DNA of 64,000 bases from Octopus sinensis (Eukaryota). The stretch lies in the NCBI RefSeq assembly GCF_006345805.1, contig NW_021833290.1:1-64000 (forward strand), written 5' to 3'. Shown one piece after another: positions 40,123 through 53,600 of the stretch. The notes beneath the pieces were generated by a model that had not been told where the DNA came from, made no database searches, and worked only from the letters and a program-made list of their open reading frames with translations. The translations under genes and the position numbers were made by a program. The first letter of the stretch is position 1, and each line of letters begins with the position of its first letter.

Positions 40123-41465
40123 TAACACAGAAGAATGGAGATATCATACACATTGAATCAGATTGGCAAATCACAAAATCTTGCGATACAGTAATACTGC
40201 GTATTAATCGGCCCTTTAGTTACAGGGTGTTCTCTTTTCATGTTCTGAGTTCAAAATTTGGAGGACGATTTTGCCTTTCATCTTTTTGGGGTCGATGAAT
40301 TAAGTACCAGCCGAGCACTAGGGTGGATGTAATCGACAAGCCCCCAGCCACAAAATTGCAGGCCTTGTGCTTATCGTAGAAAGAATATTTTAGCCCCTTG
40401 ATTACCAAATTACCAAATGGCTTCGTGGTAGAAAAACAGAGGCAAATACAGCAATCATCAGAAATATTTGAATGGAATTTTTGTGGTTCTTATTCCTTCT
40501 GATAACTCCGTTGTCATAAGGATATAATAAGTAATAACAATATATATATATGTGTGTGTGTGTGTATGCTTATATATGCACATACGCATACACACACAGG
40601 AAAATTTATATATGTGTGCATGAAGGTTTGTATGTAGGCCACTCTCTCGACTCCAGTTAATTATGAGTATTTATAAACATGGGGTAAACTAGATCAAACC
40701 AACCTTCTGATATTTGAACATAATCTTTTCGATAATAAAACACAGTGCTCGGAAATCATGTTGATCCACTGAAATTTAAATCAACTCATTGTTGTTTATT
40801 ACCAACAACATTTAACGAGGAATTGAGAATTTTATGACCTCATTTTTATTTTTTTCATTTTCCTATAACCCAAAAAACTGTTTTGCTTACATTTTAACTA
40901 TGCTGGGAAGAATAAGAAGCGCCATCTTCATATTTTTCTATTGGGTTGCTGTTCAAATATCTGAAAAAGAGACAAATATTACACACTTTAAAATAAGTAA
41001 AATTAAATAAATCTGTTTACTCTTGTTCATTTCTAAATTGCTTTTTAGTCAACACTAACAGGGTAAATGCTGATATTACACACTACAATTGTTTATTCCT
41101 CTTTATATTTCTATGGGAAGTGTTGTTTGAACAAGAATAGGTTCCTTCAATCTAACTTAATTATCCTAACAGAAAACCTGATAACAAAACAGCAAAAGAT
41201 GGAAGGGAATAAAATACAAAAATAAAAAAAAATAACAAGGAGACTTTCTTATGTGCACAATATGGGTTTTAGTCAACATTCTCATCTATGGTAGAAATAT
41301 CTTCCTCCATACAGGCAAGGTTCTGTGGCAGGAAAATTACATCTCACATCCATGGATTCTTTAGTCCAACTGTGTGGCACCTTGGACAAATAACATTAAC
41401 TATAACCTTGGGTCAACTAAGCGTTGTGAGTAAATTTGCTGCAGGAAACTGTGTGGATTCCCTTC

Positions 41466-41532
<67 letters not shown>

Positions 41533-44500
41533 ATATATTATATATATATATGCGAGTGCTTTATAACCAATATTGGTTTGTTTACGTCCCCCTAACTTAG
41601 TGATTCCTCAAAAGTTATCCGACTGATTAAGTGCCAGATTTTAAAAATTCAGTACTAAGGATGATTTGTTCGAGTAAACGCTTGAAGGTAGTACTCCAGC
41701 ATGGCCGCAATCTGATAACTGAAACAAGGAATAGTAAAAGTACATACTCCAGTAGCAGTGTAATGATAAAAAAGGTTTTCAAAACAATAAAATAATAATT
41801 ATTGCAATAACATTGACCATCTTCAGACCAGTGCATAACTATCAGAATCCTATTCAAAGTTCATAAAACAATGGTCACCTTTTGGTAGAAGATAAATACT
41901 GGGTACCTATAAATTGACTTTACAATTTGAACACTTCAGAAGACAATGAAGAACAAGGATAACTCATCAAACTTTATTGGAAATCTTTGGCAAACAAATA
42001 TCAGAAGCATTAGAACACTTCGACGTGGATTTAATTGTTACCAATTCTACGTCGCTAAAAGCCACACTTCTTTTTTGTCGGTTGAATTTTATAACGGGAT
42101 TTTTACTAAAAGAGTCTTCCCAATGAAGACGTTCTTTTAAATTTGATTAATCTACACATTTCCTTTGGAAATAACTGAGATATTTTGATTCAAAGTCACT
42201 TTTTTGCCTTACGCTGCCATTTTTTACCTCGAAAACTTTGAAATAAATATTTTAAAGAATCAATTTCCAATTATTTTAGCTCCAAATGTAGCTTACATCT
42301 CGATCATCATTGCCAAAACGATGCAATTAATTAGGTTGAGAGCTGAATTACTAATTAAATCATGTAATAGGAGTGGAAGAGCTGCACTCTGTTGTTCACA
42401 GTCTCTAAGTGAAGTTCAGTAACAAGGACGGGGAGTCTATTGTTGGGGTGCCGGGTGGGATAATCTATAGTCACCTTGATACTTTGGTGGATGGAGTTGG
42501 CTACTTGCTGCATGCTCTCCATTATGTTCCTCTCAGTTTCTACATTACCGTTACTAGAGCTGGTCTTAACTGTGATATTAATGCAATCTATATACCTACA
42601 GTAAATTAGAAGAGTTGTGGACTGTTTTGCCAAGGATTGCTTAGGTTTTCTGATCCACCAGGTCATGAAGAGGCCGGCAATATCTCCAGATACACCGACA
42701 CAAATGGCCGCACCTTGAACTTACATGTATAGTTTCAAGCATTTGTCTTATGAAGGAAGGCCGAAGACGCACGACCTTTGTTCTCTCGAAAAACGACGAC
42801 GCCGTGGTGATCTCATTCTTGGTCCCTACATCATAAGCGGAAAGTGTATCCTCTCGAAAGAGCTGTTCTTCACTCCTGCTCCAGAGCGTCGGCTGCAGGG
42901 TCACTCCGAAAAGCTCTATCTACGACGATTTCATCTCAATCGAAGGAGAGGGGCTATCTCCGTCCGGGTTGCGGATCCGTGGAATAAGCTGCCGGACGAG
43001 ATAGTGAAGATGCCGACGACCGCTCGGTTCAAAGTCTCTCTTGACCAGAAATAGCCTGAACTCTTTGTATGACCACCCTCCCTGTACATAACGCCCTGTC
43101 CCCCTACATGGCCTTGCTTTTGCTTTTTGAGACAAAAAATTAAACTAAACTAAACTAGTGATACTTTAGTCTGTGGTTCTTCAAGGTGGTTCTTACGCTA
43201 GCTCCTACTGCCTGTGCAATCATTCCTTTCTCCTAATTGTTGTTCTCAGGGAGTTGGGTGGGTAGGGTCAAGCCACACCAGCGCTCAGTGGTGCATTTAT
43301 TTACTGCTGAAGTGATGGTGGGTGGTCTAAGAATCTGTGATCTGGCGGGGTAGAATATATAGTCTAAGAACGAGACACGGATCACGCGTGTTGACATCAC
43401 AGAACTACACTTCACATTTCACAGACAATCTCATTACATTATACTCCAGCAAAATCGATGTCAATAGATGGGTAGAGGGAAGCAAGTCCTTAGTGTCCAC
43501 TACACAACATGTGAAGAACTTGGAGTGACCAAAAATACTCATTTTATTGAGGATGTCCTCAGTGCTAACAGAAGAAGAAGAAGAAGAAGAAGAAGAAGAA
43601 GAAAAAGAAGAAGAAGAAGAAGAAGAAGAAGAAAAAGAAGAAGAAGAAGAAGGAGAAGAAGAAGAAGAAGGAGAAGAAGAAGAAAGAAGAAAAAGAAGAA
43701 GGAGAATAAGGAGGAGAAGAAGAAGGAGAAGAAGAAGAAGAAGAAGAAAGAAGAAGAAGAAGTAGAAGAAGAAGGAGAATAAGGAGAAGAAGAAGAAGAA
43801 GAAGAAGAATAAGAAGAAGAAGAAGAAGGAGAGAAGAAGAAGGAGAAGAAAAAGAAGAAGAAAAAAGAAGAAGAAGAAGAGAAGAAGAAGAAGGAGAAGA
43901 AGAAGAAGAAGAAAAAGAAGAAGAAGAAGAAGAAGAAGAAGAAAAAGAAGAAGTAGAAAAAGAAGAAGGAGAAGAAGAAGAAGGAGAAGAAGAAGGAGAA
44001 GAAGAAGAATAACGGCAATGCGGATAAATAACTGCCAGTCGTTGTCATGTCCAAACACATTCAAATAGATATATCATGAATAGAGTCCAGTAGTTGATTC
44101 GTCGATATATTAAGGAAATGCGAAAAAAATGTCATCGTTCAGAAGATATATGAAGCAGGAAGAAACGTTGCTTAGTTTCACATCGTATGTAATTGCGAAG
44201 AAATATTGAATAATGTTCATTATGTGAAGAAAGAATTTATATGGAAATATAACGAATAAGGGAAGAAGAAGAACAAGAAGAAGAAGAAGAAGAAGAATAG
44301 AAGAAGAAGAAGAGAAGAAAAGAAGAAGGAGGAGGAGGAGAAGAAGAAGAATAAGAGAAGAAGAAGAAGAAGAAGAGAAAAGAAGAAGAATGAGGAGAAG
44401 GAGAAAAAGGAGGAGGAGAAGGAGAAAAAGAAGAAGAAGAAGAAGAAAAACAAGAAGAAGAAGAGGGGGATTTAGGAAGAAGAAGAAGAAGAAGAAGAAG

Positions 44501-44578
44501 AAGAAGAAAAGAAGAAGAAGAAGAGAAGAAGAAGAAGAAGGAGAAGAAGAAGGAGAGGGATAATAATAATAATAATAA

Positions 44579-44609
<31 letters not shown>

Positions 44610-47600
44610 AAGAAGAAGAAGAAGAAGAAGAAAAGAAGAAGAAGAAGAAGAAGAAAAGAAGAAGAAGAACAAAAACTTCAACAACAATAACAAAAAAATT
44701 ATCTCGGTGGAATTGTGGATAAATAACCACACGGCACCACAGAATCAACAGAACAATGTGAAATAAAATAGTAGCTAAAACTTATATTAATAGTGCAGAT
44801 ACAGACATACATATGAACATACACATATATTTTCAGGAATAACATTTTTATGCAGACAATTATCAACTGACAGTCATTGACATGTTCAGACTCAATCAAA
44901 TAAATATAACACGAATATGAGAACTGAATATGATTTACAGTAATAGAGAGTGAGAAAACATGGAAATAAGGGGATATTAAATTTAAAGACATAGTATATT
45001 CCTCATGTATAAACGACAACATTGAAAGAACTTACAATTCCTCTAAGCTGTGAAGGCCTTGAAACATCTCCTTTTCAATCCTTGAAATTTTATTGTTGCC
45101 AAGGTTTCTGAAGCAGGAAACAATATTGGTTAGATTGACATAGTGTGAATTGCGATAACATATTCAATATTGTTCTTTATGAAAAGGGAAAAAATATAGG
45201 AAAATAACACAAGAAGAAGAGGAACAGGAAAGAGATTGAGAAGAAGAAGAAGCCAAAGAAGAAGGGGAGGTGGGGAAGGGGAAACGGAGAAGACAAGGAG
45301 GAAGTGGAGGGGGAGAAGAAGTAGAAGAAGGAGGAGTTGGAGGAGGAGGAACGAAGGAGAGGAAAATGGCTGAGGACGGAGTAGGACAAGGAGATGAAGG
45401 AGGGGTGGGGGAAATAGGAGGAGGAGCAGAGGGTAGAGTAGAAGAAAAAGATGTAAATTATTAAAAAGAGGAGGAGGGTGAGGAGACGAAGAAGAATAGG
45501 CAAAAGAGAAGAAAAAGAAGAAGAAGAGGAAAAAGAAGAAGAAGAAGAAAGCGATGAAGAAGGAGGAGGAAGAGGAGAAGGAGGGAGAGAATTACAAAAA
45601 AGAAGATGAGAAAAAAAAGAAGAAGGAGGAGAAGGAGGAGAAGTAGAAGAAAGTAGAAGTAGGAGTGGAAGAAAAAGAGGAAGAAGAAAGAGGATAAGGA
45701 GGGGGAGGGGAAAGTAAGAATTACAAGAAGGAGGAGGAGGAGGAGAAGAAGAAGAAAAGAAGAAGAAGAAGAAGCAGAAGAAGAAAAAGGAGGAGGAGTA
45801 GAGGTAGAAGAAGAGGAAGAAGAACAGGAAGCTGTAGAAGAAAGAGAAGACGGAAGAAGAGGCAAGAGGTGGAGGAGGAGGATGAAGGGGAAGAAGAAGT
45901 TAGAGAAAAAGAAAAAAAGAAGAAGAAGGAGGAGGAGAATAACAAAATGAAACTATGAAGAAGAAAGAGCCGAAAGAGGAGAAGTAGATGAAGAAATAGA
46001 AAGTAGAATAAGAAGAAGTAGAGGAAAAAGAAAAATAAGGAGGAAGATGAGGAGGAGAAGTACAAGAAGAAGAAGAAGAAGAAGAAGAAGAAGAAGAAGA
46101 AGGAGAAGAAGAAGAAGAAGGAGAAGAAGAAGGAGGAGGAGGAGGAGGAGGAGAAGAAGAAGAAGTAGAAGTAGAAGAAGAAAGAAGAAAAAGAAGAAGA
46201 AAAGAAGACGAAGAACAAGAAGAAGGAAAAGGAGGAGGATGAAGGGGAAGAAGAAGAGAAAGGAGGAGGATGAGAAGAATATGAAGAAGTAGAAAGTGTA
46301 GAAGAGGTAGAAGACGAAGAAAAAAAGAAGTCGTAGAAAGAGAAGAAGAAAAGGAAAATGATGGAGGAAGACGGGGAACAGAAGTAGAAGAAGAAGACGA
46401 AGAAGGAGAAGAAGAAGGAGAATAAGAATTAGAAGAAGAAGAAGAAAAAGGAGCAAGAGAGGAGAGGGGTGGAGATGGACGAGAATTACAAGAAGAAAAA
46501 GGAGGGGTGGGGTGGTGAGAGGAGGAAGTGAATTACAAGAAGTAAATGTAGATGAAGAAGAAGAGAATAAAATTAGAAGAAGAAAAGAAAGAGGAGGAGG
46601 TGGAGGAGGAGAAGAAGAAGAATAGTTTAAAAGAAGGAGAAGAAGAAGAAATTGAAGAAGAGAAGAAAAAGAAGGAGGAGGATGATGAGCAGGAGGTGAG
46701 GCGGAGGAAGGAGAAGACGAAGAAGAAGAAGAAGAAGAAGAAGAAGAAGAATAGTTTAAAAGAAGAAGGAGAAGAAGAAGAAAATGAAGAAGAAGAGAAG
46801 AAAGTAAGGATAGGAGGAGGCATGAGGTTGGCTAAGGAATAAGAAGAAGGAAGACTAAGACTAAGAATATAAGAAGAAGACGACGACGACGAAGAATAAG
46901 AATAATAAGAAGAAGAGTATAAGGAAGAATAAAGAATAGAAAAGAAGAAGAAGAAGAAAAAGACGAAGACGAAGAAGAAGAAGAAAGGAAGAAGAAGAAG
47001 GGGAGTAGAAGAAAAAGAAGAAGAAGAAGAAGAAGAAAGAAGTTATATTGAAAATCATGGTGTTGAAGACGAAACTGAAATTGTTCTTAAAATATCAGGA
47101 AATAATTCAAGGATAGATCGATAAATTTTGGGCGAGAAGACATGGCTGAAAAATCATGGAATATACGGAATCAGAAATCAACATATTCAAATGCACTCAT
47201 ACGCATTCTTATATTCATAGTATCAACGACGGAATGCGGTATGCACACTCACATCACACATATTCCCACTCACCCTTGTGGAAATATGGTGAGAGAGATT
47301 ATTTCATATCGCTTCATTGTCAGAAGAATATTAGAAAACACACGCTTACAAGAAATATATCAGCAGTTTAATTGTATCAGGCCAAATATTCGAGCTTACA
47401 AGTACAGTATGTATTTCAGGTTTACAGATAGAATGTATGTGACTATATTATTCGAATATATATTTTCCGCTTCCAATTTAGTTGCTCTATTACATAAATA
47501 ACGTGAAGTGAATGACAAAATTCGAAGTTGAATGATAATATCGAAACATGAAGGAGAATATTGAAATAGGAAATGGAGGAGGATGTAAAATATAAAATAA

Positions 47601-50600
47601 AGGAATAATATATTCACATTTCACACAGAACTACACTTATATATGAACATACACATATACTTCAGCTAAAAATATTTGATGCAAACATGTAAACTCACAA
47701 ACGTTACCATTTCTAATACAAATTCATATCAAAATCATTGAAATTGGGGAACAAAATGAGTTATTTAGATGCGAATTGAAACGAAGCAAGTACAAGAAAG
47801 GAACATTATATTTTTCCTATTATTTCACATTTTCTCTCAAATTCTCTCTCTTTCTTTCACATTGTCTCGCTCTCTCATATTCTTCTTTGTATATTCCTAA
47901 ATCGTGTTGATTCTACAAATTCGAATTGATTTTGTTTGGTGGAGTCTGAAATTTTATACATTTGTGAGCTTATATATCAGCATCAATTATTACATTCGGA
48001 AAATAATATCAAGAAACTGAAGAACTTACAATTCTGTTAAATTGCAAAGCCCCGTGAATACACCTTCTTTGATGGTTGCAATGTTGTTGGAACCAATATT
48101 TCTATAGCAGTAAAGAAAGAGTAAAATAGATTATATGGAAAATATTTGTGATACGACATCAAACACTGTGACTTCAGAATGAAAGGAAGAAAAAGAAGAA
48201 ATATAACGAAGAAGAAAAAGAAGAAGAAGGAGAAGAAGAAGAAGAAGAAGAAGAAGAAGAAGAGAAGGTAGATGAAGAGAAGAAGAAGAATAAAAAGAAG
48301 AATAAGGAGGAGGAAAAGGAGAAGAAGAAGAAGAAGAAGAAGTAGAAGAAAACGTAGAAGAAGAAAGGAGAAGATAAAGGAGAAGAAGACCTAGAAGAAG
48401 AAAAAGAAGAAGAGGAGGCGGAGGAGGCGGAGGAGGCGGAGGAGGCGGAGGAGTCGGAGGTGGAGGAGAGGTGGGGATGTTAGGAGGAGGACAAAGGAAT
48501 GGATGACTGAGGAGGGGCAGCTGGGGATAGCAGCAGAAGGAGCAGGAAGAGCAGGAGGATGAGTATAAGAGGAAGAATTGGAAGAGAATGGAAAAGAGGG
48601 AGACCATTGAAGAAGCAGAAAGTACAGAGAAGAAAAAGAACAAGAAAAAAAGAAGGAAAAGAAGAAGACAAAGAAGAAGTAGAACAGGAAGAAAAGTAAC
48701 AAGAAGAAGAAGAAGATGAAGTAGAAGAAGAATAAGAGGAAGAAGAAGAAGAAGAAGACGACGAAGAAGAAGAGGAACATGCAGGAGATGAAGAAGGAAA
48801 GAAGAAGACGAAGAAGATGAAGAAGAAAAATAGAAGAAGAGAAAGAAGAAATTAAAGAAAAAGGAGGATGAGTAGGACGAAGAGGGGAGGTTGAGGAGAA
48901 GAATTGCAATAAGAAGAAGAAGAAAAAGGAGAAGGAGGTGGAGGAGGAGGGGGAATAGGAGAATTACAAGAAGAAGAACAAAACAACAACAATAACAAAA
49001 AAATTATCTCGGTGGAAGTGTGGATAAATAACCACACGGCACCACAGAATCAACAGAACAATGTGAAATAAAATAGTAGCTAAAACTTATATTAATAGTG
49101 CAGATACATACATACATATGAACATACACATATATATTTTCAGGAATAACATTTTTATGCAGACAATTATCAACTGACAGTCATTGACATGTTCAGACTC
49201 AATCAAATAAATATAAGACGAATATGAGAACTGAATATGATTTACAGTAATAGAGAGTGAGAAAACATGGAAATAAGGGGATATTAAATTTAAAGACATA
49301 GTATATTCCTCATGTATAAACGACAACATTGAATGAACTTACAATATCTCTAAGTTGTGAAGGCCTTGAAACATCTCTTTTTCAATCCTTGAAATTTTAT
49401 TGAAGGAAAGAGATCTGAAGCAGGAAACAATATTGGTTAGATTGACATAGTGTGAGTTGCGATAACATATTCAATATTGTTCTTTATGAAGAGGGACAAA
49501 ATTATAGGAAAATAATACAAGAAGAAGGGGAACAGGAAAGAGTTTGAGGAGAAGAAGAAGACAAAGACGAAGGGGATGAGCGGAAGGGGAAACGGAGAAG
49601 ACGAGGAGGAAAAGGAGGGGGGAGAAGAAATAGGAGGAGTTCGAGGAGGAGGTGGGGAGGAGAAGAAAAAGCTTGAGGTCGGAAGAGGACAAGGAGATGC
49701 AGGAGGGGTGGGGGAAATAGGAGGAGGAGCAGAGGGTAGAGTAGAAGAAAAAGATGTAAATGATTAAAAAGAGGAGGAGGAGGATGAGGAGACGAAGAAG
49801 AATAGGTAAAAGAAAAAGAAGAAGAAGAGGAAAAAGAAAAAGAAGTAGAAGAAGGCGATGAAGAAGGAAGAGGAAGGGGAGAAGGAGGGAGAGAATTACA
49901 AAAAAGAAGATGAGGATAAAAAGAACGAGAAGGAGAAGGAGGAGAAGTAGAAGAAAGTAGAAGTGGGTTAGGAAGAAAAAGAAGAAGAAGAAGGAGAAGT
50001 AGAAGAAGAATAAATGAAGTAGAAGAAAGAGAAGTTGAAGAAAAAGAAAAATAAATAGGAAGATGAGGAGGAGAAGTAGAAGAAGAACAACAACAACAAT
50101 AACAAAAAATTTATCCTGGTGGAAGTGTGGATAAATAACCACACGGCACCACAGAATCAAGAGAACAATGTGTAAGAAAATAGTAGCTAAAACTTGTATT
50201 AATAGTGCAGATACATACATACATATGAACATACACATATATATTTTCAGGAATAACATTTTGATGCAGACAATTATCAACTGACAGTCATTGACATGTT
50301 CAGACTCAATCAAATAAATATAAGACGAATATGAGAACTGAATATGATTTACAGTAATAGAGAGTGAGAAAACATGGAAATAAGGGGATATTAAATTTAA
50401 AGACATAGTATATTCCTCATGTATAAACGACAACATTGAAAGAACAATTTCTCTAAGTTGTGAAGGCCTTGAAACATCTCTTTTTCAATCCTTGAAATCT
50501 TATTGTTGCGAAGACCTCTGAAGCAGGAAACAATATTGGTTAGACTGACATAGTGTGAATTGCGATAACATATTCAATATTGTTCTTTATGAAAAAGAAC

Positions 50601-53600
50601 AAAATTATAGGAAAATAATATGAGAGGAAGAGGAACAGGAAAGAGATTGAGGAGAAGAAGAAGCCAAAGAAGAAGGGGAGGAGGGGAAGGGGAAACGGGG
50701 AAGACAAGGAGGAAGTGGAGGGGGAAAAGAAGTAGAAGAAGGAGGAGTTGGAGGAGAAGGAACGAAGGGGAGGAAAAAGGCTGAGGACGGAGTAGAACAA
50801 GGAGATGCAGGAGGGGTGAGGGAAATAGGAGGAGGAGCAGAGGGTAGAGTAGAAGAAAAATATGTAAATTATTAAAAAGAGGAGGAGGGTGAGGAGACGA
50901 AGAAGAATAGGTAAAAGAGAAGAAAAAGGAAAAGAAGAGGAAAAAGAAGAAGCAGAAGAAGGCGATGAAGAAGGAGGAGGAAGAGGAGAAGGAGGGGGAG
51001 AATTACAAAAAAGAAGATGAGAAGAAGAAGAAAGAGGATGAGAAGGAGAAGTAGAAGAAAGTAGAAGAAAGAGGATAAGGAGGGGGAGGGGAAAGGAAGA
51101 ATTACAAGATGAGGAGAAGAAGAAGAAGAAGCAGAAGAAGAAAAGGAGGAGTAGAGGTAGAAGAAGAAGAAGAAGAACAGGAAGCAGTAGAAGAAAGAGA
51201 AGAAGAAGGAAGAGGGGGCAAGAGGTGGAGGAGGAGGATGAAGGGGAAGAAGAAGTTAGAGAAAAAGAAAAAAAGAAGAAGGAGGAGGAGAATAACAAAA
51301 TGAAAATATGAAGAAGAAAGAGCCGAAAGAGGAGAAGTAGACGAAGAAATAGAAAGTAGAATAAGAAGTAGAAGAAAATGAAATAGAAGAAAGAGAAGTT
51401 GAAGAAAAAGAAAAATAAGGAGGAAGATGAGGAGAAGTACAAGAAGAAGAAGAAGAAGAAGAAGAAGGAGGAGGAGGAGGAAGAGACGTAGAAGCAGAAG
51501 TAGAAAAAGAAGAAAAAGAAGAAGAAAAAAGAAGACGAATAAGAAGAAGGAAGAGGAGGAGGATGAAGGCGAAGAAGAAGAGAAAGGAGGAGGAGGAGAA
51601 GAATATGAAGAAGTATAAAGTGTAGAAGAAGTAGAAGACGAAAAAAAAAGAAGTGGTAGAAAGAGAAGAAGAAAAGGAAAAAGATGGAGGAAGACGGGGA
51701 ACAGAAGTAGAAGAAGAAGACGAAGAAGGAGAAGAACAAGGAGAATAAGAATAAGAATTAGAAGAAGAAGAAGAAAAAGGAGCAAGAGAGGAGAGGGGTG
51801 GAGGTGGACGAGAATTACAAGAAGAAAAAGGAGGGGTGGGGTGGTGAGAGGAGGAAGTGAATTACAAGAAGTAAATGTAGATGAAGAAGAAGAGAATAAA
51901 ATTAGAAGAAGAAAAGAAAGAGGAGGAGGTGGAGGAGGAGAAGAAGAAGAATAGTTTAAAAGAAGGAGAAGAAGAAGAAATTGAAGAAGAGAAGAAAAAG
52001 AAGGAGGAGGATGATGAGCAGGAGGTGAGGCGGAGGAAGGAGAAGAAGACGAAGAAGAAGAAGAAGAAGGAGAAGAAGAAGAAGAAGAAGACGACGACGA
52101 CGAAGAAGAAGTAAAAGAAGAAGAAGGAGAAGAAGAAAAGAAGAAGAAGAAGAAGAAGAAAGAAGAAGAAGAAGAAGAAGAAGATACATTAAAAATCATT
52201 GTCTTCAAGACGACCCTTAAAATGTTTTCATAATATCATGAAATAATTCAAGGATAGAATGAAAAATTTTGGGCGAGAAGACATGGCTGAAAAATCATGG
52301 AATATACGGAATCAGAAATCAACATATTCAAATGCACTCATACGCATTCTTATATTCACAGTATCAACGACGGAATGCGCTCTGCACACTCACATCACAC
52401 ATATTCCCACTCACCCTTGCGGAAATATGGTGAGAGAGATTATTTATTTAATATCGCTTCATTGTCACAAGAATATTAGAAAACACACGCTTACAAGAAA
52501 TATATCAGCAGTTTAATTGTATCAAGCCAAGTATTCCAGCTTATAAGTACAGTAAGTATTTCAGGTTTACAGATAGATGTATGTGACTATATTATTCGAA
52601 TATATATTTTCCGCTTCCAATTCAGTTGCTCTATTACATAAATAACGTGAAGTGAATGACAAAATTCGAAGTTGAATGATAATATCGAAACACGAAGGAG
52701 AATATTGAAATAAGAAATGGAGGAGGATGTAAAATATAAAATAAAGGAATAATATAGTCACATTTCACACAGAACTACACTTATATATGAACATACACAT
52801 ATACTTCAGCTAAAAATGTAACCTCACAAACGTTACCATTTCTAATACAAATTCATATCAAAACCTTTGAAATTTGGGGAACAAAAAAGAGTTAATGAGA
52901 TGCGAATTGAAACAAAGCAACTACAAGAAAGGAACATTATATTTTTCCTATTATTTCACTTTCTCTCTCAAATTCTCTCTCTTTCTTTCACATTGTCTCG
53001 CTCTCTCATATTCTCTTTGTATCTTCCTAAATCGTGTTCATTCTTCAAATTCGAATTGATTTTGTTTGGTGCAGTCTGAAATATTATATATTTGTGAGCT
53101 TATATATCAGCATCATTACTTTCGGAAAATAATATCAAGAAATTGAACAAACTTACAATGTCTTTAAATTCGAAAGGCCCGTGAATAAACCTTCTTTGAT
53201 GGTTGAAATGTTGTTCCATCTCAGATCTCTATAGCAGTAAAGAAAGAGTAAAATAGATTATATGGAAAATATATGTGATACGACACCAAACACTGTGATT
53301 TCAGAATGAAAGGAAGAAAAAGAAGAAAGATAACGAAGAAAAAGAAGAAGTAGACGGAGGAGGAGGAGAAGAAGTAGAAGAAGAAGATGAGTAGAAGAAG
53401 AAAGTAGAAGAAGGAGAATTGGGCAGGAGGTGGAGGGGGCGGAAGAGAAGGTGTAGTGGGGAGGTTAGGAGGAGGACCAAGGAATGGATGACTGAGGAGC
53501 GGCAGCTGGGGGTAGAAGCAGAAGGAGCAGGAAGAGCATGAGAATGAGAATAAGAGGAAGAATTGGCAGAGAATGGAAAAGAGGGAGACAAGTGACGGAG

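Noticed and set aside
40690-40760. Candidate minus-strand exon after the terminal LRR
   Set aside because: Immediate stop in the required phase; the LRRCT exon at 37555-37712 fits instead.
6599-41566. ORFs rich in YI, VC, MYVC or HT repeats
   Set aside because: Translations of (TA)n, (CA)n and (TATG)n microsatellites.
44110-44250. Diverged copy of the A-unit acceptor flank
   Set aside because: The acceptor reads ttcat and no LRR sequence follows; a relic at most.
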